A DNA stretch of 64,000 nucleotides from Mobula birostris. Taxonomy: Eukaryota. Below are positions 52,721 to 64,000 of the stretch, piece by piece; positions within the stretch are counted from its first letter, which is position 1, and every line of letters starts with the position of its first letter. The stretch is taken from contig NC_092379.1 in assembly GCF_030028105.1 (NCBI RefSeq), positions 19,383,309-19,447,308 on the forward strand. The letters are read 5' to 3'. The translations under genes and the position numbers were made by a program. Below the pieces are notes generated by a model that was not told where the DNA came from, searched no databases, and saw nothing but the letters and a program-made list of their open reading frames with translations.

Positions 52721-55174
52721 GCTCAGAAGAAATTTGCAATGAAATAACACTTGGGAATTTGTACGAAATGATTGCCCAGAATCAGCAGATTGGGGGAGAC
52801 TCAGTCTGATTTTAGTCTGTATTGTACTAAGTGGATAGAATATCGGGTAGTATGAACGAAAGGTGGGCAGTTTTATTTATTCATCCTTTGGGATCTGGGC
52901 TTTGCCGGTAAAGTCTGAATGAATTACGCATCTGAGCTGCTATTCAGAGGGCATTTGGAGACAAACACATTGATGGATCAGGAGTCATAAATAGGCTCGA
53001 AGGGTCAGGATGACAGATCTCCTTCCCTGAGGGACATCAGTAAAACTGAAGGGTCATCATTACCAATGATTGGATTTAAAAACAATACCAATTATTAAAA
53101 TCTTGGAAATCCGACCACAGATCCAAATCTGTATTATGAACTGAGTATAAATTTGTCAATTTTGTTATGGTGGTATCCGTGGACTGTTCATCCATCCCTC
53201 TGCACTACTCATTTGCTTTGATGTACTGTCCTGTTTCCAATCACTCCAAATCCAACCTTGTGCCTGTCCATTGGATCACTGTGTCCACGGTGTCCTGGAC
53301 AATATTTCTCCTTCAATAACATCACCAGAACAGACTGTCTGATCGTTCTCGCCTTGCAGTTTGTGGATTCTGCTGTATGCAGAGTGGCTCCACATTCCCG
53401 ACTCTACAACAGGGCTGTACTTTGAAACAACTTCATTGCCTGTGAAGACCTCGGGGGCACCATGAAAGGTGCTCTGTAAATGTCAGCACTTTATCTCACA
53501 ACCACTTTTACTGAATCACCAGCAACACTGGTTAACGTAGGAAAACACTTGTTAAACAAACCCAGTCGGGGGATGGAGGAGGACAAGAAATTAGATGAGT
53601 TGCTCTGTCTGTGAACTAAGAATAAACAGTTCATTTGAACAGTAAAGTTCAACTCGTGTCCCGTGAGTGTGTGATGGGACAGGTTGGGGGAAGCTTCACT
53701 CTGTGTCTAATCTCTGCTGCCCCTGTCCTGGGAGGGATGGGACAGTGCAGAAGGATCTTTGTATCTAATCCGTGGCTGCCAGGACAGGACATGGGAGCTG
53801 TGATCTGCATTTAACTCATGCTCTGTGTACTCTGGGGTGCTTGTTGGAATCCCTTTGAGGAAGAATTTCCCAGATTTACAAGATAAATACTGATTCCATT
53901 GAATGATAGAGCAGAGAGTGAGGCCGTTCATCCTATTGTTTCTGTGCTTCATTTAGCTGAGCAAACCCAATAGACCCATTGGTCTCTCTGCTCTTCCCTG
54001 TATCCCTACAAAAGGCGGATCTCATCCTGTTCCCTCTCCACACTCACTATTGGCCATCACCATCATTCAGGCAGTGTGTCCCAGATCACAAACCTTCATC
54101 AACAAACCTTCCCTTAAATGCTCCCCTATTACACATTATTGAATTGAACGCTTCCCTCCCCACCCCACCTGCACCACTCCCCACTCCCCCACCCAACAAT
54201 GCAAGGCTGCCCGGAACGTGTGAAGGAATTGAGATTTCAGTTCCCCGCCTTACCTTTCCTGCACCACTTCCCCACTGCCTTCCCAACTCCAAAAATCTTC
54301 CCCACAGTACCCCACCTCCTCGCCCATCAGGGAATAAAACTAAAACCTCAATTCCATCAATTAATCCTGGGATATCGCCGATACTTTTGCTGTATCCCAG
54401 GACGGACCTCATGCCGGACATTACATGATGGGACTGACACCCACCTGTACCCTGGGGATATTGAGACATCAACCAGATCATACATGTGTACACCGTTCCC
54501 TCAGATTATGTCTGAATCCCATTACCTTCAACATGAAAGCAGCCGACAGTAAAACCCAATCCCAGTAATTTGACACCGAACAGATCCATTGTTGTCACTG
54601 ACAGGGAACAAGTTCAACTGCACTGAAACGCTCAGCCCCTGAACGTGGCTTCAGTCGGTGCTGAGGATCAGAAGCCAGACTTGAACCAAACACTGAGCTC
54701 ACTCAGCACAATCGGCCGGTGTCAAGGCACAGTCTGGTGACAAGATCCGACCCCATTCCCCTGAGCCTGTTCCCGGTCTGTGGACAGTGCACTGGTGGGT
54801 GGGGTGTGTACCCTTGTACTGTTACTGTGCTCTAGAGAAACCCGCCGGTTCGGGGAGATTCATGTACTTTCTCTAAATATCAACATGATCCCTGTCCGGA
54901 CCGGGAGCAGCCGCTTCCAGGATTTCCATCCCAAACTCTGTCCTTGTCTCTTGTTGGCGTGTGAGTAAAGGCATTTTCACAATTTCCCTGTCTGCGGACA
55001 CCGGCTCCCGCCATCCCCCAGAATCAGAGTCAAATCCTTTTGGGCTTTTAATTGTCCAGAAATGGGCATTTGCGCCCAGCAGTCCGAGTAAGGCTTCAGG
55101 GATTTGACTCTGGGAAGCAGCAATGCGGAATCCGTGGAGACAGACTGCGCTGCAGACGCTCCTTTGTCGGGACC

Positions 55175-55202
55175 AATTTCTGTTCAGCTCCCCATCACCG
55201 TG
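55175..55202 (-). other. Recombination signal sequence with 12-bp spacer: CACGGTG-atggggagctga-ACAGAAATT
   Basis: Heptamer 55196-55202, spacer 55184-55195 (12 nt counted), nonamer 55175-55183. No nonamer-like sequence at a 22-23-nt spacing. Confidence 0.8.
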
Positions 55203-55507
55203 CTCCCACCCTCTCGCACAGTAATAGGTGGCAGTGTCGTCCAGTCTCAGGTTGTTCATTTGCAGATAGACGGTGCTGCTGTCCTTGGAAACAGTGAACC
55301 GGCTCTGGACTCCAGGCGCGTTGTACTTGTTACCACCACTCGATATGTCTGCCAGCCACTCCAGCCCTTTCCCGGAGACCTGTCTCACCCAGTCCATGCT
55401 ATAGCTGCCGAGGCTGAACCCACTGACCGCACAGTCAGTCTGTGAGAATGTCCGGGCTTTACCACAAGCTGACTCGGGCTGTGTCAGCACGACGGCGGAC
55501 CGCACGC
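55203..55507 (-). CDS. IgW: IgW VH exon ([14 protein letters not shown]...CAVSGF...[14 protein letters not shown]...RFTVSKD...DTATYYCAR) plus 9 nt of D-like sequence (GWE)
   Basis: Acceptor tttttattgacag|GC; both canonical Cys, WVRQ, GLEW and YYCAR are present. The frame is open, but FR1 carries a compensated +1/-1 frameshift. Confidence 0.95.
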
Positions 55508-55616
55508 CTGTCAATAAAAAAGAGCAGAAATTAATAAAATGTTCCACGGTCAGGGGTTCACAAAGCCTCTGAGAAACAGCCGGTCCCGGTTGAGCGACAA
55601 GCGGCGGGACACCCAC

Positions 55617-55662
55617 CTGCCAGACAAGACAAGGGAAGACAGAAATAAGGCACGACCCCCAT
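55617..55662 (-). CDS. IgW: IgW VH leader exon ([15 protein letters not shown]+G)
   Basis: ATG at 55662-55660; 46-nt hydrophobic signal-peptide exon ending in a phase-1 donor G|GTGGGT; 109-nt intron to the V exon. Confidence 0.92.
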
Positions 55663-55744
55663 CGCCCTGAACACTGAGCCGGACTTGGACACTTTGAGAT
55701 CGGCGGCTTCAGCTCAGGCCGGCTTTGTCCGGAGTCGCAGTGAG

Positions 55745-55840
55745 CGCTGTTTAGATAGGGACGTGGGCTGTGAGTGAGAGAGGGAGCCGCGGTTTGAACA
55801 GGCTCTCACACACTGAAACCAGAGGCGCAGCTTCCTGTCC
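55745..55840 (-). promoter_or_regulatory. Putative VH promoter: TATA-like TATCTAAA (55750-55757) and ETS-type CAGGAAG (55831-55837) in CpG-rich sequence; no octamer
   Basis: About 90-175 nt upstream of the leader ATG. Lack of an octamer fits what is known of cartilaginous-fish VH promoters. Motif match only. Confidence 0.4.
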
Positions 55841-56682
55841 CCACCCACAGCAGCGATTTCAATTCCCCAAAAGATGTTTGTCTCTGCAACAGGCGGCAGG
55901 TCAGCGGCAGTGACCAGATCCGGATTAAAGATCGGTCACTCTCTGTTCGATTCATCAATTTCAGCGATGAACAGTTTGTTTAAACTGAAACACACAGAAT
56001 CCCAGCGAGAGAGAATGAGAGACACCAGTCAGTGGACGGATATCCCCCGGGAGACAGGGACTGAGAGACCAGTCAATGGACAGATATTCTCCTTAGAGAC
56101 ATAGGCTGAGACTGTCTTTGCAGGAAAATGTATGAAGCAACAAAAAGAGTTACCACACAATCTTCTCACTGCTCCCACACCACAAGAATCAATGCTAAAC
56201 AGCGATTCCTGGTGGAAATGGGTGGAATTTACACTTATAAGGTATTTTCTCTTTCAGGGACTTGGCACCATGAATTTCAGTGCCAAGCCCTCAGCAGTTC
56301 TCCCCACAAAATCTTTTTAACCTGTTTCAGTGTGATACTGGTTGAGGGATCAATGTCGGAACAGATAGTGGAGAACTTTCCAAACCTTTTATGTCCACCT
56401 GACACAACAACCCCACCATGGCACCAGTCAAAATAGTGAAACTTCTTTTTACCCCCAAGAGGACCACAATCTTGTCAAAGAGTATCGTGGCTTGTGTGCC
56501 TCAGTGAACCAGAGATCTATGTTGGCTTACATCGGGGTCTTGTGCTTTAACTCTAGGTAGGGTCACCCATGCCAAACATGTTAAAGGATAGAGACTGAAC
56601 AAAGAACGGTTCACCGTTCCTCCAGGTTTGGAGTTTCAGGTCAGGGTTAGTGAACCTGACTTATTATAAAGAAAATTGTAAT

Positions 56683-57000
56683 TGTTACGAGATGCTCCCA
56701 ACTGTGCCAGCTTCCAGGATTTAGACTCTCCAACTCTCTGGAGCACAGATAGCCGGTAGCAGCCCCTTTAAGGTTCAGGATGATCCCGCTAATTGATAAT
56801 CATGTTTTGGGCACCAAGAATTGAGTATGAAAGAACACCTGAACTGATGTTCAGTGCTCAATGGTAAACCCTACTAGTGATATTGTCTAGCATTCGTTTT
56901 GTGCTCAGACCTGGATCCAGTTTGATACCGTGTCTCGATCTTTGTTTCGGATACTCCAGCATTTGGGTCCAAAGCATCTTCATCAAAGACTCTTGTCGCA
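56683..57000 (+). mobile_element. Isolated Ty3/gypsy LTR, same family as 20168-20455
   Basis: TG...CA termini; shares gctaattgataatcatgttt(t)gggcaccaagaatt and gactcttgtc(a/g)ca with the other copy. Confidence 0.8.
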
Positions 57001-57075
57001 ATTACGGAAACAGCAATGAAGAATCCTTCTACATCTGAGTGTGATAGTGTTCCCTAGTCACCACCCGGGACTTGC

Positions 57076-58500
57076 ATGGCTGACAGGAGTGAAAACAGAG
57101 AGGAAACTATGGGTATGGTGAAGGGAGCCATGAACTTTGCCAAGACCAAGACCAAAAATGTTTTTTGGAATTGTCAAACCATGTACAACACTGTCAAGCT
57201 AGCACAAATAACTACGGTAATGTGTCATTACAGCCAACGTACACTGGCATCAGTGAAAGCAGATGGTCAGGGTCTGGCAGACTAAAGGCAGCAGCTGGTG
57301 CAGCAGTTTTATATTCAGGAAGGGAAGATGGTCAACGTCATGATGGATTAGCTGTCATTTTGAAGAAAGGCATTGAGAAGTGCCCAGTGGAATGAAAACC
57401 AATCAACAGTCGGCTGGTGAGAGTCAGGCTGAGAGTGAAGCAAGTGAACATGACTGTGATCCAGTGTTATGCTCCAAATAACAATAGTGACATTGAAGAA
57501 TAGGATATCTTCTACAAATGGTGGAGTTAGAGTTAACACCACGCCGTGACATAATCATCATCATTGGAGATCTAAATGGCAAAGTGGGAAATAACAACTC
57601 ACACTTCATTAGGGCCATGGATACGCAAGGATATAGGATGATCAATAACAATGGTGTTAAGTCTGGTGGAATTCTGTGCCATGAACAATCTGGTCACAGG
57701 AGAGACCCTCTTTCCACACCATGAAATAAACAAACTGACATGGAGCTTACCCAATGGATGTGACAAGATCCAGATTGACCATTTGATGATAAATGGTATG
57801 TGGAGACGATCCTTGCAGGGTGTAAAGGTGAAGAGAGGAGCAGATACAGGAAGTAATCATCACCTTGCTGTAGCAGTGATGAAACTCATGCTGAGAAGCA
57901 CTGGGACCACAGCACATGTACAAAGATGTTTTGATGTTGAGAAACTTAAGAACATCAGTGTGAGATCTGCCGTCACCATTCAGCTTAAGGAGGGCTTTCA
58001 GACATTGGCGGGGATGTGTCAGTGGACAAGATCAACACGATGTAGAAACAGATTGCATCAGTGTTCAACAAGAGCAGCGAGGCTTGTCTACATTACAGCG
58101 CTGGAAAAAATAACAAAGCATGGATACAGCAGGAAACATGGACAGACTTAGAAGAAAGATGGAAAATTAGGAAGAAAATGTTCAATGCAAAGTCAACACG
58201 AATTAAGGTGAAACTTTAATTGGCATTCACTGAAGCTAGCAAGAAAGTGAAGAGCTTCTAAGAGTGGATAAGAGAGTCTACATAGAAGACCTTGCACTGG
58301 CAGCCACAAGAGCGCCAGTCGATGTGATCAGGAAAATATATACAAGATTTCAAAACTGGTATGTGGAATGTTCCAAGCCAGATCCAGTAGCCCCATGAGA
58401 GGCAAGAAGGGTCTGCTTTTGACAAGAGAATGGAGCACGATGGACAGGGTATTTCAGAAATTTACTGAGTAGACGCAGAGGACCTCTGGAAGGCCCCCTG
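57076..58500 (+). mobile_element. Decayed RTE-clade LINE (APE endonuclease region)
   Basis: GISESRWSGSG, IIIIGDLNGKVG, KIQIDHLMI...GSNHHLAVA. Confidence 0.8.
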
Positions 58501-59104
58501 TTCAGATTAAGTCAAGCCACATCTCCGACAGGAAGCTGAGAAGGAAATATCCCAATATCACTGTCCAGTTTCACCCACCTGTCAAGAATGAGAATATGAA
58601 ATGTGTTTCTAGTAAATCAACAGCTGCACACAGAGATCCTGTTCAAATTTATCCCGTGCACTGAGTGTCAGAAGGAGGTTGTTCAGCCCTTCCGTCTATT
58701 CCCTCCAAAGCTGACCTATGTCCGATCTCCATTTACCCTCCTTGGCTCATATTTTAATAATTGAACTCAAACAAAATTCTATTAATTTTGAAATTTCAAC
58801 TGACACCTCCTCCCACCGCCCCTCACCCCAGTCTTGACCAGTTCCCAGGAAGAGATCCAGATTTCCAGTGCCCTGTATATCCTGAAGTAACAGATTCTTT
58901 GTGTTATTCTTCTGCACCATTCTTGAAAGTTTTTAAACTCCCCAATTACACTGGCCTTCAATTTTCCACACTTCGGGGAACAAGAGACCAGACCTAATAT
59001 TCTATCCTAGTCCCACTAGCACTTCACTGGCCCTGGTCCACACAACCCCTTCTCCAAGGGGTGATGCCAAGAATCACAGCCAGTGCTTCAGATGTGGTCT
59101 AATT

Positions 59105-60330
59105 AGAACATAGAATACAGCACATTACAGGCCCTTCAGCCCACAATGTTGTGCCAACCCTTAAACCCTGCCTCCTATATAGCCCCCCACCTTAAATTCC
59201 ACCACGCACCTGTCTAGTAGTCTCTTAAACTTCACGAATGTGCCTGCCTCCACCACTGACTCAGGCAGTGCATTCCACGCACCAACCACTCTCTGAGTAA
59301 AAAGCCTTCCCCCTTGAACTTCTCACCCCTTACCTTAAAGCCATGTCCTCTTGTATTGAGCAGTGGTGCCCTGGGGAAGAGGCGCTGGCTATCCACTCTA
59401 TCTATTCCTCTTATTATCTTGTACACCTCTATCATGTCTCCTCTCATCCTCCTTCTCTCCAAAGAGTAAAGCCCTAGCTCCCTTAATCTCTGATCATATT
59501 GCATACTCTGTAAACCAGGCAGAATCCTGGTAAATCTCCTCTGTACCCTTTCCAATGCTCCCACATCCTTCCTATAGTGAGGTGACCAGAACTCCAATTG
59601 TGGCCTAACCAGAGTTTTATAGAGCTGCATCATTACATCGCGACTCTTAAACTCTATCCCTCGACTTATGAAAGCTAACATCCTATAAGCTTTCTTAACA
59701 ACCCTATCTACCTGTGAGGCGACTTTCAGGGATCTGTGGACATGTACCCCCAGATCCCTCTGCTCCTCCACACTACCAAGTATCCTGCCATTTACTTTGT
59801 ACTCTGCCTTGGAGTTCGTCCTTCCAAAGTATACCACCTCACACTTCCCCGGGTTGAACTCCATCTGCCACTTCTCAGCCCACTTCTGCATCCTATCAAT
59901 GTCTGTCTGCAATCTTTGACAACCCTCTACACTATCTACAACACCACCAACCTTTCTGTCATTTGCAAACTTGCCAACCCACCCCTCCACCCCCACATCC
60001 AGGTCGTTAATAAAAACACGAAAAGTAGAGGTCCCAGAGCAGATCCTTGTCGGACACCACTAGTCACAATCCTCCAATCTGAATGTACTCCCTCCACCAC
60101 AACCCTCTGCCTTCTGCAGGCAAGCCAATTCTGAATCCACCTGGCCAAACTTCCCTGGATCCCATGCCTCCTGACTTCCTGTACAAGCCTACCATGTGGA
60201 ACCTTATCAAATGCCTTCCTAAAATCCATATAGATCACATCCCCTGCATTACCCTCATGTATATGCCTGGTCACCTCCCCAAAGAACTCCATCAGGACTG
60301 TTGGACATGATCTGCCCTTCACAAAGCCAT
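59105..60330 (-). mobile_element. CR1 RT-to-3' fragment
   Basis: 254-aa ORF 59232-59996; tail revcomp tagaacatagaatacagc. Confidence 0.88.
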
Positions 60331-61279
60331 GAAATCTCTACTCCACAGTAGTGTAATTTCCACCCCTCTGTATCCCTGTTTTCCCCATTAACTGCAGCAC
60401 ATTAAGACCTTTAGCTTAAATTCATCCTTAGGATTAATTAGAACCCAAACCTGCCAGTGGTCTCTCATCTTTCACATTCCCTCTCTGTCCGCTGGGATTG
60501 GTCATTCCCTTATGGAATCTGAGTCAGTCAGCTGACACAGCAGAAACAAGACCTGTCCAAACAACAACCTCTGTGACTGTGGGCAGTTTACCTCCTTATG
60601 TTTCTCACCACCCCTGAGTATTTTCATACGTACCTGCCTCGACCTAAAGAGAGTGGGAGAAGAACATGGTGAAGGAAAGGAAACTCAATAGATTTTGTTT
60701 CTCTCCCGTGACTCTGGTAGTACACAGAGTTAAATGAAACGTACAGCACAGCAGCAGATTCAGACCAATTATTTCATGCCATTGTTTATTTTCTGCAGGA
60801 ACCTCCAGTCACTCCATCTTTGTGCATCTGGGTTAACTTCCTCTTCTGTTCCCTTTCACAACATTCACTTCTGTGGGAGAGATCTATATTCTCCCATCCT
60901 CTGGATGAATAATCCAAGTTGGATGATTAGTGATTATTTACAATAGTTTTAATCCCCCTGAAGACTTTCTCCTCCAACCTATCAGGTATTTTTCTCATCT
61001 GTGAGGTGGAAATATGCTTTACCCTTCAACCTTCTCATGACCCGCCTTTCCAGGGTGTATATGAGCATCTAAACCTCTCACATATTACTAATGAGTCCAA
61101 CAATGTCCCCCTTTTTTCACAGGAAAGAGCCCAAAAGTCAAATCCAGTACATTCCAGCATCAAGGAGGCAGTGTCCCTGCTGGGAGAATTCCATGGGACT
61201 GGGTAAGAGGAGAGTACAGATTGCTTTTTGTCCAAGTTGAAGCACAGGTTTTCATGCCTGCATTAATCTGGGTGAAACT

Positions 61280-61810
61280 TCATGAACCCTCAGTTCTGGT
61301 TGCTCCATTGTAAGGATGTGGTGGATTTGGAGAGGATGTAAAAGATGTTCACAAGCATGTTGTCTGGATTAGAGAATATTAGCTGTAAGGAGAGGTTGAA
61401 CAATCTTTGACTGTTTATTCTGGAGCGTAGGCTGAGAGGCAACCTGATAGAGGCTTATAAAAGTATGAGAGTTATTGACAGGGTCGACAGTCAGAGTCAT
61501 TTTTCCAGGTTAAAATGTCATTTCCAAAAGGACAGAGATTTAAGGTGAGGGGTATAACATTCAAAGGAGATTTGTGGGTTGTATTTTTACACACAGAGTG
61601 ATAGGTGCCTGGAATGCACTGGCAGGAGTGGGGTGAATCAGCATGATAGGACAGTTGAGATACATTTGAAAAAGCACATGACCATTCAGGATATGGAGGG
61701 ATATGGATTCTATGCAGATAGTTCGGTTTAGATTAATTTGGCGTTGTGGTTGTCACAGTCATCATGGGCTGAAGGGCCTGTTCCTGTGCTCTGCTGTTCT
61801 GTGTTGTAGG
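61280..61810 (+). mobile_element. Degenerate CR1 3' fragment
   Basis: Similar to the other CR1 3' ends in the window (gggctgaagggcctgttcctgtgct). Confidence 0.7.
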
Positions 61811-63715
61811 TTTACTTGAAGCTCAGTAACATTTGTGATTAATAGCTGACAGATGTCTGAAACCCTGTGATAACATTAACACTCAGTCCTTACACTTCCT
61901 CTCAGGTTTCACAGGCAGGTTTAATTTGAGCAGGGGGCCCTCCCAGTGGAGCTGTGTTACTAAAAAGAATAAACACACTGCTTTACATATGGAAATACAA
62001 TTCTAACGTTGTGCTTTGCACCAGCCTACGTTTATCACACAGAATGAGACAAAATGAATCGAAACCGAAGGGCAAAATATGCAGAGACAGCAAGACCCTC
62101 TCTTCATTACAGAGCATTTGTCTCGTGTCAGAAACAGGCTCACTGTAATGATGATTGACTGTTACTGATTGATTTATTGATTATGTTATGGGAATGAGCA
62201 GTTCAAATGTAGGTATACCTGCACTTTATGTTCTGAAGCAGTTGGGAAACTCCCACCAACAACTGAAAGTGTGTTTGCTCAGACTGAGCACAGAAGCTCA
62301 TCCTGATGACTGTAGCTCAGGTGATCAGATGATTGTGAATTGGCAGCAATAAAGTGGAAAATAAGGAGAAACTAAAAGATGCCACGGACTGCCTTGTCAA
62401 TGTTCCATCGATGGGCAGAATCTCGGTGTGACATGCTGGAGCTCACGTTTGTTGATGAGAATGAAGGCTGCCCGGTGAATCAACTTTAGACTGAAACAGC
62501 AACACAGACAACAATCTCCGTGGGAGCTGGGGGGGTGGGGGCGATGTTATCAGTGGCCTGGAAACTCTCAGGCCCTGAAGATCAGGGATAATCAACTTGC
62601 GTATTCAGAGAGAATCGATAATCTGTCATTGCAACATTGTCAGATAATGAGGTCTGCAATTATAGGTATCTATTAAACCTTTCTTTCTGTCATCTGGACA
62701 ATAAAATGTGTAGTTTTATTCCTATAAGAGCCTTGGGCCAGTAGATTGCTATTTGATTTTTGTGATTACCTTGAATAAAATAACATCACCTGAATTGGAT
62801 TTGTGTCTCTTTAAACTCTGATTGATAGATCTCACAATACCTGCAAATAACTGTCCTGAGGAGGGTAGTGTGATGGTACTACCTTATTATTTGGGGAATT
62901 TTGACCTTTCAGGTGTTGGATTGGACTGTATAATTGTTATTTGGCTTGTAGTTTAACTTTCTTATGTTTGTTTGTTTTTAAATAATTACCTACATAGATG
63001 TAACAGTGGGTTGCCATTCCATGCATCTCCTGGAAACTCCCAATTTCAGTGGCAGGTATCACATTGCTTGAATAGGGACTATCTCACTGATTAATTTAAG
63101 CAGTGGGATTTGAATGGAATGTCCGCTACCAGTTTTCAACAGTTATAAGCAATGGGTTTTAATGCCCCTTCTTGACCTCTGAAGAACTCTTCATCAGGAC
63201 ATCAGGACCCAACACAAGTTTAAGTTTTGATCAACAAATCCATCAGACAGGCTGGGGAATCCAGCATTTGGGGTGGCATGGTAGTGGTGAAGTATGTAAA
63301 AGGTTAACACCGTCAGTTAAGCATAGCAGGCTGTTTTCTCTGAAAGAACCGTTGATGATCGACAGATGTGCCATTCAATGCTGATCAATATTTCTTCTCG
63401 AAGTTAGCCAGCTGGTGTTTCAGGGTCCTTGTCCTTGTGCAATTATGTGCAGAGATAAGACCAGCCTGTTCTGTGTATGAGACCTTATGCCTATTCTGTA
63501 ATTTGTCTTTCGGGAATGTCATGTAGTAGATAAGTTTGGCTCCAGCCTGTCTTGTGTGGGGGTATCTGAATGAATATACTCATGTTGTAAGGGGAATTGT
63601 GAGTTAGTTGGTGGACTGTTCCTGTTTGGGCGACTAACTGAGTAAGCCCTGGGTGCTTTGAATAAAGAATTTGTACTTATACTGTCTCTGAGTGACTTTA
63701 TGCAGATTCCACTTC

Positions 63716-63995
63716 CACAGTAGTGTAGTGGTTAGCAGAATGCTTTCCAGTGCAGGTGACCTGGGGTTCAATTCCTGTCACTGCCTGTAAGGAATTTGTA
63801 ATTTCTCCCCGAGAATGTGTGGGTTTCCACCGGGTACTCCAGTTTCCTCTCACAGTCCAAAGACAAACCGGTTGGTACTTTAATTAGTCATTGTAAATTG
63901 TCCTGTGATTAGACTAGGATTAAATCAGGATTCCTGGGCAGTGTGGCTCGAAGGGCCAGAAGGGCCTATTCCATGCTTTATGTCAGTAAATAAAT
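63716..63995 (+). mobile_element. tRNA-derived SINE (V-SINE/HE1-like)
   Basis: A-box-like tagtgtagtgg, B-box ggttcaattcc, central gtgtgggtttcc...ggtactccagtttcctc core. Confidence 0.75.
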
Positions 63996-64000
63996 GAATT

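Noticed and set aside
53277-53292. CACTGTG-TC-CACGGTG as a D segment
   Set aside because: No nonamer at 12 or 23 nt on either side, and it lies in SINE-like sequence.
54873-55616. 247-aa ORF as a single-exon protein
   Set aside because: It starts at the GT of the leader intron, runs through the V exon and continues past the RSS into intron sequence; the real start is the spliced leader at 55662.
63000-63715. Possible solo ERV-type LTR (TGTAACA start, AATAAA at 63661)
   Set aside because: No second copy, TSD or internal sequence supports it.

Overview
Repeat-rich cartilaginous-fish genomic DNA (probably a ray or shark, judged from the Ig sequences and CR1/SINE families). It holds one immunoglobulin heavy-chain minilocus of the IgW (omega, IgD-orthologous) class on the minus strand. 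Order 5'->3': leader (55617-55662), VH apparently already joined to a D with a 12-bp-spacer RSS (55175-55507), no recognisable canonical JH, CH1 broken by a SINE insertion and a nonsense codon (48729-49310), CH2, Cys-rich short secretory exon, CH3, CH4, CH5, CH6 with secretory tailpiece (ends 40575). About 10 kb further, 3' of the tailpiece, lie a second diverged CH3-like/CH4-like pair (29985-30694), a candidate 45-nt mini-exon, the transmembrane exon (27864-28018) and a candidate TM2 exon near 8660. Every constant exon from CH2 onward is open with usable splice sites, whereas the V-J-CH1 part is damaged. The rest is mostly decayed or nested CR1 LINEs, other LINEs, Tf1/Sushi-like Ty3/gypsy fragments, one TIR DNA transposon and SINEs. 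Exon boundaries were read by hand to the base; repeat boundaries are approximate. Family names and literature comparisons come from memory, not from searches.
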